Shown here: positions 19,536 to 28,549 of the stretch, piece after piece
Position numbering within the stretch: the stretch's first letter is position 1
How the letters are laid out: the number at the start of each line of letters is the position of its first letter
Origin: Anaeromyxobacter sp.
GTDB taxonomy: Bacteria > Myxococcota > Myxococcia > Myxococcales > Anaeromyxobacteraceae
NCBI GenBank assembly: GCA_035708485.1
Contig: DASSSJ010000118.1
Location: forward strand, 155,771-219,770
DNA: 64,000 bases
Reading direction: 5' to 3'
Made by a program: the position numbers and the translations under genes
The notes under the pieces: model-generated
The model's input: only the letters and a program-made list of their open reading frames with translations
Databases searched by the model: none
Told to the model about the DNA's origin: nothing

Positions 19536-22500
19536 ATGCCGTCCCGCCCGTCCCTCACGCTCGCCGATCTGGTACAAATGTCCGTCCCCGGGCCCGCGGA
19601 CGAGGCTGGGCCGGAGCACCGCGAGGCGCCCATGCCGGAAGACGGCGCGCAGGCCCGCAAGGCGCCGGTCGGCCCGCCGGAAGAGGACGACCTGCGCGAT
19701 CTCTCGGCCGAGCTCTCCCAGCTCCTCGCCGACCTCGCGAAGACCCCGGACGCCGACATCGACGTCGCGGCGGGGTGGACCCCGGACCTCAAGCCGGGCG
19801 ACGTGGTCGGCGGCCGGTTCGAGCTGCGGCGCGAGCTCGGGCGCGGCGGCTTCGGCGTCGTGTTCGAGGCGCTGGACCGGGAGCTCGGGCGCGAGGTCGC
19901 GTTCAAGGTGGTGCTCCCCGGCCGCCGCATCAGCGCGCGGAACCAGCAGTGGGTCCAGCGCGAGGCGGAGGCGGTCGCCTGTCTCAACCACCCGAACATC
20001 GTGACGCTGCACGACTTCGGGCGGGCGCCCACCGGCCCGTACCTCATCTTCGAGCTCTTGCGCGGCGAGACGCTCGGCCACCGGCTCAAGCGCGGCCGGC
20101 TTCCGCTGCGCGACGCGGTGGCGCTCGCCGGGCACGTCGCCGGGGTCCTCGACCACGCGCACCGCGCCGGCGTCGTCCACCGGGACCTGAAGCCCGGGAA
20201 CGTGTTCCTCTGCCAGCACGGCGCGGTGAAGGTGCTCGACTTCGGCCTCGCGCACCTGTTCGGCCGCGGCGGCGTCCTGAGCGGCGGGACCCCCGCGTAC
20301 ATGGCGCCGGAGCAGAAGAAGGCCGAGCCGGGCGACGCCCGCACCGATCTCTTCGCCCTCGGCGTCGTGCTGCACGAGATGATCACCGGCGCCGTCCCGG
20401 CGCGCCCGGACAAGGAGCCCGAGGGGCCGGTGGAGCCCGGCCCGGTGGCGCAGCTCCCGAAGGACGCGGCGCCGGCGCGGCTCCGGCGGCTCGTCGGGCG
20501 GATGCTCGACCGCGACCCGGCCCGGCGCCCGGCGTCCGCGCGCGAGGTGCTGGACGAGCTCGCCGCGGTCGAGCGGCGGCTCGACGGCCGCCGCTCGCGC
20601 GCGCACGTGGCGTGGGCCGGCGTCCTCGCGTGCGCGCTCGCGGTCGTCGCCTGGCTGATCCGGGACCCGCCGCTCCGCGGCCCGGTCTCCGTCGCCGTCG
20701 GCGACTTCGAGAACGGGACCGGGGACCGCGAGATGGACGGGCTGTCCGGCCTCCTCGCGACCTCGCTCGAGCAGTCCCGCCGGATCCAGGTCCTGCCGCG
20801 CTGGCGCCTCGTGGCGCTCCTCCGCGAGCTCGGGCTGCCCGACGACGCGCGCATCGAGGGAGACGTCGCGCGGAGGCTCGCGCGCGCCGCGGGCGCGAGG
20901 CTCCTGCTCGCGGGGACCGCGCGGCGAGTCGGGGAGGCGTACGCGTTCGACCTGAGCGCGCTCGACCCCGCCCAGGGCAGCCGCGTCTTCTCGCTCTCGG
21001 AGCGCGCGCTCGCGAAGGCGAGCATCCTCGGCGCGCTCGACCGGCTCGCCGACGGCGTGCGCCGGAAGCTCCACGACCAGACCGAGGGCGGCCGGCCGCT
21101 CGACCAGACCGTCACGCCGAGCATCGAGGCGTACCGCGCCTACTGGGCCGGCGTGGACTGCATGGACCGCCCGAGCGTCGTCGGCAGCTGGGTCTCGTCC
21201 GACCGGTGCAGGCCCCACTTCCGGGAGGCGCTGGCGCGGGATCCCGGGTTCGCGCTCGCGCACTACCAGCTCGCGTTCCTGCTGCACGTCCAGCGCAGCG
21301 CCCCCGACGAGGCGGCCGCGCACCTCGACGCGGCCGTGCGCGGGATCGACCGGATGCCTCCGAAGGAGGCGATGCTCGTGCGCGCCTGGCAGGCCCACGT
21401 CGCGGGCGACGCGCCGCAGGCGCTGAAGGCGTACGCCGACGTGCTCCAGCAGCACCCCGAGGACCGGCAGGCGCTCTACCTCGCCGGCTACGTGCTGACG
21501 GAGGGGCACCGCTGGGCGGAGGCGATCCCGTACCTCGAGCGGGCGCTCGACGTGGACCCGGACGCCGAGTGGCCGCTCGACGATCTCGTCACCGCGCTCG
21601 CGATGCTGGGGCGGTCGAGCGAGCTTCGCGCGCTCGCCGAGCGCCTCGGGCAGATGGCCCCGAGCGGCGCGCGCCGGCACGCCGTCGTGCGCGCCCGGAT
21701 CTGGCTCGGGGAGCCGGACGCGGCGATCGCCGCCGCGCGCCGCGAGCTCGCGAGGACGGCGGCGCCGGCCGCCGGCCTGGACCTCGCCTCGGCGCTGTTC
21801 GTGACCGGGGAGCTGCCCGAGGCCGAGGCGGTGCTCGAGCGCGTCCGCGCCGCGCAGCCGCTCGACGCCGCCACCGTGCTCAACCTCGCGCGGGTGGTGG
21901 CGGCGCAGGGACGCGTCGCGGAGGGGCTCGAGCGGATCGACGCCTACGCGCGGTCCATCGAGTCGAACGAGCACGGCTGGGCGCGGTACGCGCGCGCGTG
22001 GTACCTGGCGGGCTTCGTCCAGGAGCGGGAGCTGTGGCGGGAGGTCGCGCGGGCGCGGGCCGTCGCGCCGCAGCTCGCGTCCGATCTCGCGGTCGTGCTC
22101 GCCGCGCGCGGGGATCTCGAGCACGCCGCCGAGGTGGCGCGCGAGCTCGCGCCCGGATCGGCGGCGGCCGAGGAGCACGCCGCGCTCGTCGCCTGGCGTG
22201 GCGGCGACCGGGAGGGCGCGGCGGCCCGGCTCGGCGCCCTCGAGGGCCGCGATCCGTGGCCGCGGGGGGTGCCGCCTCCGGCCTACTTCCTCGCGGAGGT
22301 GAGCGCGGACATGGAGGACTGGCGCGGCACGCTGGCCGCGGTCGAGCGGTACCGGGCCCTCTGGCCGCGCGGCCTCAGCGGCGCGTGGGCGCTGCCGCGG
22401 GCGACGTACCTGGCCGCGCTCGCGCACGAGCGCCTGGGCGATGCGGAGCGGGCGCGCGCCGAGGTGGACCGCCTGCTGGGGTGGCTCCGGGCCGCGGATC

Positions 22501-22556
22501 CCGGGCTCCCCCTCGCGCGCGACGCGCGCACCTTGCGTCAACGCCTCGGACCGTGA
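19536..22556 (+). CDS. Membrane Ser/Thr protein kinase with TPR-rich extracytoplasmic domain
   Basis: GRGGFG, VAFK, HRDLKPGN, DFG, GTPAYMAPE; TM helix; helical TPR-like repeats. Confidence 0.93.
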   Translation: MPSRPSLTLADLVQMSVPGPADEAGPEHREAPMPEDGAQARKAPVGPPEEDDLRDLSAELSQLLADLAKTPDADIDVAAGWTPDLKPGDVVGGRFELRRELGRGGFGVVFEALDRELGREVAFKVVLPGRRISARNQQWVQREAEAVACLNHPNIVTLHDFGRAPTGPYLIFELLRGETLGHRLKRGRLPLRDAVALAGHVAGVLDHAHRAGVVHRDLKPGNVFLCQHGAVKVLDFGLAHLFGRGGVLSGGTPAYMAPEQKKAEPGDARTDLFALGVVLHEMITGAVPARPDKEPEGPVEPGPVAQLPKDAAPARLRRLVGRMLDRDPARRPASAREVLDELAAVERRLDGRRSRAHVAWAGVLACALAVVAWLIRDPPLRGPVSVAVGDFENGTGDREMDGLSGLLATSLEQSRRIQVLPRWRLVALLRELGLPDDARIEGDVARRLARAAGARLLLAGTARRVGEAYAFDLSALDPAQGSRVFSLSERALAKASILGALDRLADGVRRKLHDQTEGGRPLDQTVTPSIEAYRAYWAGVDCMDRPSVVGSWVSSDRCRPHFREALARDPGFALAHYQLAFLLHVQRSAPDEAAAHLDAAVRGIDRMPPKEAMLVRAWQAHVAGDAPQALKAYADVLQQHPEDRQALYLAGYVLTEGHRWAEAIPYLERALDVDPDAEWPLDDLVTALAMLGRSSELRALAERLGQMAPSGARRHAVVRARIWLGEPDAAIAAARRELARTAAPAAGLDLASALFVTGELPEAEAVLERVRAAQPLDAATVLNLARVVAAQGRVAEGLERIDAYARSIESNEHGWARYARAWYLAGFVQERELWREVARARAVAPQLASDLAVVLAARGDLEHAAEVARELAPGSAAAEEHAALVAWRGGDREGAAARLGALEGRDPWPRGVPPPAYFLAEVSADMEDWRGTLAAVERYRALWPRGLSGAWALPRATYLAALAHERLGDAERARAEVDRLLGWLRAADPGLPLARDARTLRQRLGP

Positions 22557-22590
22557 ATGATGTCGTCTCCGTCCGTCTCGGGAGGGAAGC

Positions 22591-23106
22591 ATGCCATCGT
22601 GCGTCGCGCAGGACACGGTAGAGGAGCTCTTCAGCTCCGTGCTCACCCGGTCCATCCAGCCGGCCGCGCTCGCGCCGGAGGCCGCGTTCGGGCAGCCCGC
22701 CGCGTTCGCGCAGCCGGCCGCGCGCGCCCAGGCGCGCCGCGAGCCGGCGCAGAAGTGCGATCCGGACTGGTGCAGGATCGCGGATCGTGACCTCGGGAAG
22801 CGGTGCGCGCCCGGCAAGTGCTGGCACCGCGGGATCGAGGAGCCGAGGGTGAAGTGCGAGGGCGAGCTGGCGGCCGCGCCGGCGCGCCGCGGCGCCTCGG
22901 TCGCCGAGAAGAAGGACGCCGCGCGGGCGCGGACCCGCGTCGCGACGCTCCGCGATCTCGGCGCCGCCGCCGATCGCCTCGCGAAGGCGCTCAAGAAGGC
23001 GCGGACGGCCAGGGTCCTCGCGCCGGGCGAGGACGACATGCTGCGCGTCGTCGAGGGCTGGAAGAAGATGCTCGCCGCCGAGGGCAAGGCGCGCCGCCGG
23101 AAGTGA
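22591..23106 (+). CDS. Hypothetical protein with QPAA repeats and a 5-Cys cluster
   Basis: GGAGGGA RBS, GC3 bias, GTGA coupling to the ATP-grasp gene. Confidence 0.65.
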   Translation: MPSCVAQDTVEELFSSVLTRSIQPAALAPEAAFGQPAAFAQPAARAQARREPAQKCDPDWCRIADRDLGKRCAPGKCWHRGIEEPRVKCEGELAAAPARRGASVAEKKDAARARTRVATLRDLGAAADRLAKALKKARTARVLAPGEDDMLRVVEGWKKMLAAEGKARRRK

Positions 23107-24035
23107 TCGTCGCGATCTCGCAGCCCGGGGATCGGCACGCGACGGCGGTGCTGGCGGCGCTGCGCGCGCGAGGAGCGCGCGCGGTCTTGCTCGATCTCGC
23201 CGAGATCCCCCGGCGCGGGCGGATCGCGCTCCGGTACGGACGGGGCGGCGGCGAGCGGCTCCTCGCGACGCGCGCGGCCGCCATCCGCGCCCGCGACGTC
23301 ACCGCCGTGTGGTGGCGGCGCCCGCGCGCGCTCGTCGCCGACCCGCGCCTCGGCGCCGCGAGCGCGGGGTTCGCCGTGCGCCAGTCCGCCGAGGCGCTCA
23401 TGGGGCTCGCGTCGATCCTCGACGCGCGCTGGGTGAACGATCCCTGGCGGGAGGCCGTCGCGAACCGCAAGGCACACCAGCTCGCGGCGGCGGAGCGGGA
23501 GGGGCTGCCGGTGCCGCGCACCCTCGTGACGAACGACGCCGCCCGCGCGCGCGCCTTCATCCGGGCGGGCGGCCGCGGAGGCACCGTCCACAAGGCGCTC
23601 GCCGCCACGCCCGAGGACTGGCGGCCGACCCGGCTCGTCGCGCCCGACGACGTGCGGCGGCTCTCCGCGATCCGTCACGCCCCGGTCGTCCTGCAGGAGT
23701 ACGTGCCGGGCGTCGACGTGCGCGTCACCGTCGTCGGCCGCGCGCTGTTCGCGGCCGCCATCGACGCGCGCGCGACGCGGTCCCCGGAGGACTTCCGGCC
23801 GGCGTTCGACGACGCGCGCGTGGCGCCGTGCACGCTCCCGGCGGACGTCGCCCGCCGCCTGCGCGCGCTCGTCGCGGCGCTCGGCCTCCGCTACGCCGCC
23901 GTCGACCTCCGCCGCCGCGACGACGGCGAGCACGTGTTCCTCGAGGCGAACCCCGCGGGCCAGTGGCTCTTCGTCGAGCGGCGGACCGGCCAGCCCATCA
24001 CCGAGGCCGTGGCGCGTCTCCTCGCGGGGCGCTGA
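23103..24035 (+). CDS. RimK-like ATP-grasp ligase of the MvdC/MvdD (graspetide synthetase) type
   Basis: AVWWRRP, WVNDP, KAHQL, VPRTLVTND, QEYVP, DVRVTVVG, DFR, FLEANPAGQWLF. Confidence 0.85.
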   Translation: MIVAISQPGDRHATAVLAALRARGARAVLLDLAEIPRRGRIALRYGRGGGERLLATRAAAIRARDVTAVWWRRPRALVADPRLGAASAGFAVRQSAEALMGLASILDARWVNDPWREAVANRKAHQLAAAEREGLPVPRTLVTNDAARARAFIRAGGRGGTVHKALAATPEDWRPTRLVAPDDVRRLSAIRHAPVVLQEYVPGVDVRVTVVGRALFAAAIDARATRSPEDFRPAFDDARVAPCTLPADVARRLRALVAALGLRYAAVDLRRRDDGEHVFLEANPAGQWLFVERRTGQPITEAVARLLAGR

Positions 24036-24207
24036 TGGCGTCGCGGCGCGCCTCCGGGCGCGCGCCGCCCCGCGGCCGCTCGGTCGCGCAGGGCGCGACG
24101 AAGAGCAGGATGGCGAACGCGACGACCCACGCCGCCGCGCCGAGCCACGGATCGACGTCGCTGCGCCGGCGCGCGGGAGGGGGCTCGAGCGTGTACGCGG
24201 TCCGCAT
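23998..24207 (-). CDS. Small single-TM protein
   Basis: GGAGAG RBS; TM PWLGAAAWVVAFAILLFVAP; promoter-like motif upstream; alternative start 24234. Confidence 0.5.
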   Translation of the reverse strand: MRTAYTLEPPPARRRSDVDPWLGAAAWVVAFAILLFVAPCATERPRGGARPEARRDAISAPRGDAPRPR

Positions 24208-24243
24208 GCGCTCTCCGGGTGAGAGGACCATCACCCCTGTCGA

Positions 24244-24268
24244 GACCGGAGGCGAGGCCGGTTGTGAC
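24244..24268 (-). promoter_or_regulatory. Putative ECF promoter of the small TM gene
   Basis: GTCACA-N15-GGTC on the minus strand. Confidence 0.45.
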
Positions 24269-24291
24269 GTCCCGCCCGGGGTCGCCGCGCC

Positions 24292-26211
24292 TCACCCGGG
24301 CGGGGGGGCGCCCGCCGCGAGCGCCTCGCCGACGACGCGCCGGACGTCCTCGAGCGCGAACGGCTTCTGCAGCACCCACGCGCGCCCGCCCGCGACGACG
24401 TCGGTCATCGCGCCCTCGACGGAGTAGCCCGACGAGAGCACCACGCGCACCGCCGGGTTGATGGCGCACAGGGCGGCGTGGACCTGCGGGCCGCCGAGGT
24501 CGGGCATCACCATGTCCAGGATGACGACGTCGATCTCCCGCGGCGCGCCCGAGTAGAGGGTGACGCCCTCGACGCCGCCCGAGGCCAGGACGACGTCGTG
24601 GCCTTCCCGGCGCAGGACGCGGGCGAGCGTCTCGCGCACGAGCCGCTCGTCGTCGACGACGAGGATCCGCGCCCGGCGCGCGGGCGGGGCATGCGGCGGC
24701 TCCGGCGGTGCGGCCTCCGCGCCGGCCTCGGCCGCGCCGGGGGGCAGCCAGATCGTGAACGTCGTGCCGCGCCCCGGCGCGCTCGCGACCGCGATGGCGC
24801 CGCCGTGGCTCTCGATGGTCCCGTACACCGCCGCGAGCCCGAGCCCGACGCCCTCGCCGGCCGGCTTGGTCGTGAAGAACGGCTCGAACACGTGCGCGAG
24901 CGTCTCCGCGTCCATGCCCGCGCCGTCGTCCGCGACGGTGATCTCGACGAGCGGACCGGGCGGCAGCGGGGCGTGGGCCTCGGCGCGGCGCTCCGGCGGG
25001 GGATCCCCGCTGCGCGTCGCGAACCGGAGCGTGCCGCCGTCCGGCATCGCGTCGCGCGCGTTCAGCGCCAGGTTCAGCAGCGCGTTGTGGAGCTGGGTGG
25101 GATCGCCCGTCACGACGGACGGCACCGCGCGGAGGTCGGTCGAGATCGCGATCCGCTTGTCGATCGAGCGCCGGAGGAGCGTGATGACGTCCGCGATGGC
25201 CTCGTGGACGTCGACCGGCACGGTCATCGCGTTGCCCTTGCGGGCGAAGGCGAGGAGCTGGCGCGTGAGCCGCGCCGAGCGCTGGGCGGCCGCCCGGATC
25301 TGCTCGGCGGCCGCGCGCAGCTCCGGGGCGCCCGCGAGCGCCTCCACGAGCACGTCCGCGTTCGCGAGCATCGCCGCGAGCTGGTTGTTGAAGTCGTGCG
25401 CGACGCCGCCCGCCAGCCGCCCGACGCCCTGCAGCTTCTCCGCCTGGCGCAGCCGGTCCTCCATGCGGCGCCGCTCCGTCACGTCCCGGCCGCTCGCCAC
25501 CACCGCCGCCACCTCCCCCGCCTCGTCCAGGATCGCCCTGCCGGTCCAGGCGAGGACGCGGGCGCCGAGCGCGGTCGCCGCCCGGTGCCGGTGCTCGGCC
25601 TTCGCGACGTGCGGGGGGCGCGCCACCTCCGCGAACGCCGCGGCGAGCGTCGGCAGCTCGTCGCGCGGCAGGAGGTCGGCGAACGGCGTCCCCACGAGCT
25701 CGCCCTCGGCCTTCCCGAACAGCCGGCAGAAGGACTCCGACGCGAAGAGGAAGCGGAGGTCCCGGTCGAGCTTCACGACGAGGTCCTCCTGGTTCTCCAC
25801 GACGAGCCGGTACTTCTCCTCGCTCCGGCGCAGCGCCTCCTCCACGCGCTTGCGCGCGGTGATCTCGAGGAAGGTCACCGCGAGCTCGCCGGGCGCCGTC
25901 CGGAACGCGTCCACCTCGAACGCCCCGGCGATCCGCTCGTCGCGGTACTCGACGAGGTCCGAGTGGAACGGCTCGCCGGTCTCGACGGCGGCCCGGTAGC
26001 GCGCCGGGATCTCGGTCGCGGCGAGCGCCGGGAACACCTCCTCGAGGGTCTTCCCGAGGTGCGGGGCGAGGTCGACGCCCAGGATCCGGTTCGCGGCCGG
26101 GTTCGCGCCGGACAGGACGAGCCGGCCCCCCTCGAGCCGGTAGAACAGCATGCCCATCGGCGACGACTCGACGAACCGCTGGAACCGGAGCGCGTCGGGC
26201 GGGCGGGCCAC
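24292..26211 (-). CDS. Hybrid PAS sensor histidine kinase/response regulator
   Basis: Two PAS-like domains, AHDFNN H-box, NARDAM, EPFFTTK, GLGL, receiver VVDDE/LDMVMP/KP. Confidence 0.93.
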   Translation of the reverse strand: MARPPDALRFQRFVESSPMGMLFYRLEGGRLVLSGANPAANRILGVDLAPHLGKTLEEVFPALAATEIPARYRAAVETGEPFHSDLVEYRDERIAGAFEVDAFRTAPGELAVTFLEITARKRVEEALRRSEEKYRLVVENQEDLVVKLDRDLRFLFASESFCRLFGKAEGELVGTPFADLLPRDELPTLAAAFAEVARPPHVAKAEHRHRAATALGARVLAWTGRAILDEAGEVAAVVASGRDVTERRRMEDRLRQAEKLQGVGRLAGGVAHDFNNQLAAMLANADVLVEALAGAPELRAAAEQIRAAAQRSARLTRQLLAFARKGNAMTVPVDVHEAIADVITLLRRSIDKRIAISTDLRAVPSVVTGDPTQLHNALLNLALNARDAMPDGGTLRFATRSGDPPPERRAEAHAPLPPGPLVEITVADDGAGMDAETLAHVFEPFFTTKPAGEGVGLGLAAVYGTIESHGGAIAVASAPGRGTTFTIWLPPGAAEAGAEAAPPEPPHAPPARRARILVVDDERLVRETLARVLRREGHDVVLASGGVEGVTLYSGAPREIDVVILDMVMPDLGGPQVHAALCAINPAVRVVLSSGYSVEGAMTDVVAGGRAWVLQKPFALEDVRRVVGEALAAGAPPPG

Positions 26212-26256
26212 CCGTCGATTCTAGCGGGCGGCGGCGGCCGGGATCGACCTCCGGCT

Positions 26257-27123
26257 TCAGCGGCCCCGGCCGCGCCCGGTCCCGTGACCGTGGGAGTGCG
26301 GGTCGTGGCCCGCGTCGTCGTGCGCGTGGTGGTGGTCGTGCGCGTGCTCGTGCGCGTGGCCGGCCGCGGCGCGCCCGCCCGACGGCGCGACGGCGGCGCG
26401 GAGCTCGGCGAGCCACGCCACCCAGGCGTCGATCCCCGCGCCCGTCCGCGCGGAGACCTCGATCGCGCGCGGTCTCGGCATGGCGCGCGCGAGCGCGTCG
26501 TGGATCCGCGCGACGTCCACGTCGAGGTGCGGCACGAGGTCGACCTTCGTGAGGAGGACGAGGTCGGCCGCCCTGAACATCACCGGGTACTTGAGCGGCT
26601 TGTCCTCCCCCTCCGTCACCGACAGCACGACGACGTTGGCGGCCTGGCCGAGGTCGTAGATCGCCGGGCAGACGAGGTTCCCCACGTTCTCGATGAAGAA
26701 GACGTCCACGTCGCGCCAGGGGAAGTCGTGGAGCGAGCGGTGGACGAGCTCGGCGTCGAGGTGGCAGGCCTGGCCGGTCGTGATGGCCTTCGACGGGATG
26801 CCGGCCTTCTCGAGCCGCCGCGCGTCGTTGTCCGTGGCCAGGTCGGCGGAGACGGCGCCGAGCCGCCAGCCGTTCGCCGCCGCCGCCCGGGCGGTCGCCT
26901 CGAGGACGGCGGTCTTGCCCGACCCCGGCGAGCCCATGAGGTTGAGGGCGAGGACGCCCGCCTCGAGGAAGTGCTCGCGGTTGTGGCGGGCGGCGCGGTC
27001 GTTGCCGGCGAGGATCCGCTCGTGCAGCCCCACCGGGATGATCGGGGGCTCCACCTCCCCCCTCTCCACTCCGTGGAGAGGGGGGCGGGGGGGGGTGAGG
27101 CCGCATCCACACGTCGTGCACAT
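26257..27123 (-). CDS. hypB: Hydrogenase nickel-insertion GTPase with His-rich C-terminal tail
   Basis: MCTTCGC, GSPGSGKT, CHLDA, ENVGNLVCPA, EGEDKPLKYP, TKVD. Confidence 0.95.
   Translation of the reverse strand: MCTTCGCGLTPPRPPLHGVERGEVEPPIIPVGLHERILAGNDRAARHNREHFLEAGVLALNLMGSPGSGKTAVLEATARAAAANGWRLGAVSADLATDNDARRLEKAGIPSKAITTGQACHLDAELVHRSLHDFPWRDVDVFFIENVGNLVCPAIYDLGQAANVVVLSVTEGEDKPLKYPVMFRAADLVLLTKVDLVPHLDVDVARIHDALARAMPRPRAIEVSARTGAGIDAWVAWLAELRAAVAPSGGRAAAGHAHEHAHDHHHAHDDAGHDPHSHGHGTGRGRGR
27057..27100. repeat. REP-like palindromic element, copy 2, inside hypB coding frame
   Basis: CCCCCCTCTCCAC-TCC-GTGGAGAGGGGGG followed by G-run-TGAGG. Confidence 0.7.
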
Positions 27124-27467
27124 CAGGGCACCTCCAGCTCGATCGCGTCGAGGGTGAGCGCGTCGCCGCCGTCGTCGAGGCGGGCGGGGGCGTCGCAGGC
27201 GGCGCAGCGCAGGATCCCGCCGCGCGGGATGGCCTTCGCGCACGTCGGGCACGACCACGTCGCCTCGACGCGCGTGAGCGCGAGCGGGGCCCGCGCGCAG
27301 ATCGTCCCGTCCCGGAACGTCTCGTACGCGGTGCGGAACAGCTCGGCGTCGACGCCGGAGAGCTCTCCGACGCGCACAGCGAGCCGGTGCACGGCGATCG
27401 CGCCGCGCGCGCGCGCCTCCTGCTCGACGCGGCGTATCAGGCTCTCCACCAGCGAGTACTCGTGCAT
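27123..27467 (-). CDS. hypA: Hydrogenase nickel metallochaperone
   Basis: MHE start, VGELSGV, CPTC and CAAC. Confidence 0.95.
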   Translation of the reverse strand: MHEYSLVESLIRRVEQEARARGAIAVHRLAVRVGELSGVDAELFRTAYETFRDGTICARAPLALTRVEATWSCPTCAKAIPRGGILRCAACDAPARLDDGGDALTLDAIELEVP

Positions 27468-27480
27468 TCGCTCTGATTCC

Positions 27481-27523
27481 CCCTCTCCCCCGCGCCTGCG
27501 GGGGAGAGGGTCGGGGTGAGGGG
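27481..27523. repeat. REP-like palindromic element, copy 3 (hypE-hypA gap)
   Basis: CCCTCTCCCCCGC-GCCT-GCGGGGGAGAGGG-TC-GGGGTGAGGGG. Confidence 0.75.
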
Positions 27524-27526
27524 GGC

Positions 27527-28549
27527 CTAGCAGATTCGTGGTAGCAGCTCCCCCTCCGGCTCCGCCAGCATCCGCCTCCCGAGCCCGGTGTCGAGGATGA
27601 CCGACCCGGGCCGGTCCGCGATCGCGGTCGCGACGATCGCGGCGTCGCGCCCGAGCGGGTGCGCGCGCAGCGCGGCGAGCACCTTCTCCGCCGACGCCGC
27701 CCGCACGCCGATGATCGCCTTGCCCTCGTTCGCGACGAGGAGCGGGTCGATCCCCACCATCTCGCACGCGGCGCGCACCTCGTCGCGGACCGGGAGCGCC
27801 TGCTCCTCGAGCACGATCCCGACCTTCGCCTTGGCCGCCATCTCGTGCAGCACGCCGGCGACGCCGCCGCGCGTCGGGTCCTTCATCGCGACGACGTCCT
27901 CGCCCCCGGCGCGCAGCGCCTCGCGCACGAGCCCGTTCACCGGCGCGACGTCGGAGCGCAGGTCGCCCTCGAGCCCGAGCTGGTGGCGGCGCGACATGAT
28001 CGCCATCCCGTGGTCGCCGATCGTGCCGGTCACGACGAGCCGGTCGCCGGCGCGGAGCCCCGCGTCCGTGACCACCCGGTCCGCGAAGGCGACCCCGGCG
28101 GTGTTGAGGACGATCCCGTCCACCTCGCCCTTGCCCATCACCTTGGTGTCGCCGGTCACGACGGGCGCCCCGGCCTCGCGCGCGGTCTCGCGCATGGACG
28201 CCACGATCCGCTCGAGGTCGGCGCGCGAGAAGCCGTCCTCGATGATCGCCGCGCAGGTGAGCGCCGCCGGCTCGGTCGCGCCCATCATGGCGAGGTCGTT
28301 CACGGTCCCGGAGACCGACAGCCGGCCGATGTCGCCGCCGGGGAAGAAGATCGGCTGCACGACGTGCGAGTCGGTCGTGATCACGAGCCAGCGGTCGCCG
28401 ACGCGCAGGGCGGCGCCGTCGTCGAGCGCGGCGAGGCCGACGCCGTCCACCGGCGTCGCGAGCGACAGGAACACGTCCTCGATGAGCTGGCGCATCGCGC
28501 GCCCGCCCGAGCCGTGCTTCATGCCGATGCGGAGGCCCGGCCTCTCCAT
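27527..28549 (-). CDS. hypE: Carbamoyl dehydratase
   Basis: HGSGG, TTDSHVV, GTVNDL, TGDTKV, DPTRGG, ANEGK, C-terminal PRIC. Confidence 0.97.
   Translation of the reverse strand: MERPGLRIGMKHGSGGRAMRQLIEDVFLSLATPVDGVGLAALDDGAALRVGDRWLVITTDSHVVQPIFFPGGDIGRLSVSGTVNDLAMMGATEPAALTCAAIIEDGFSRADLERIVASMRETAREAGAPVVTGDTKVMGKGEVDGIVLNTAGVAFADRVVTDAGLRAGDRLVVTGTIGDHGMAIMSRRHQLGLEGDLRSDVAPVNGLVREALRAGGEDVVAMKDPTRGGVAGVLHEMAAKAKVGIVLEEQALPVRDEVRAACEMVGIDPLLVANEGKAIIGVRAASAEKVLAALRAHPLGRDAAIVATAIADRPGSVILDTGLGRRMLAEPEGELLPRIC

Noticed and set aside
26275-26365. GTG/GTC-rich low-complexity repeat
   Set aside because: Encodes the His-rich nickel-binding tail of HypB, a known feature.
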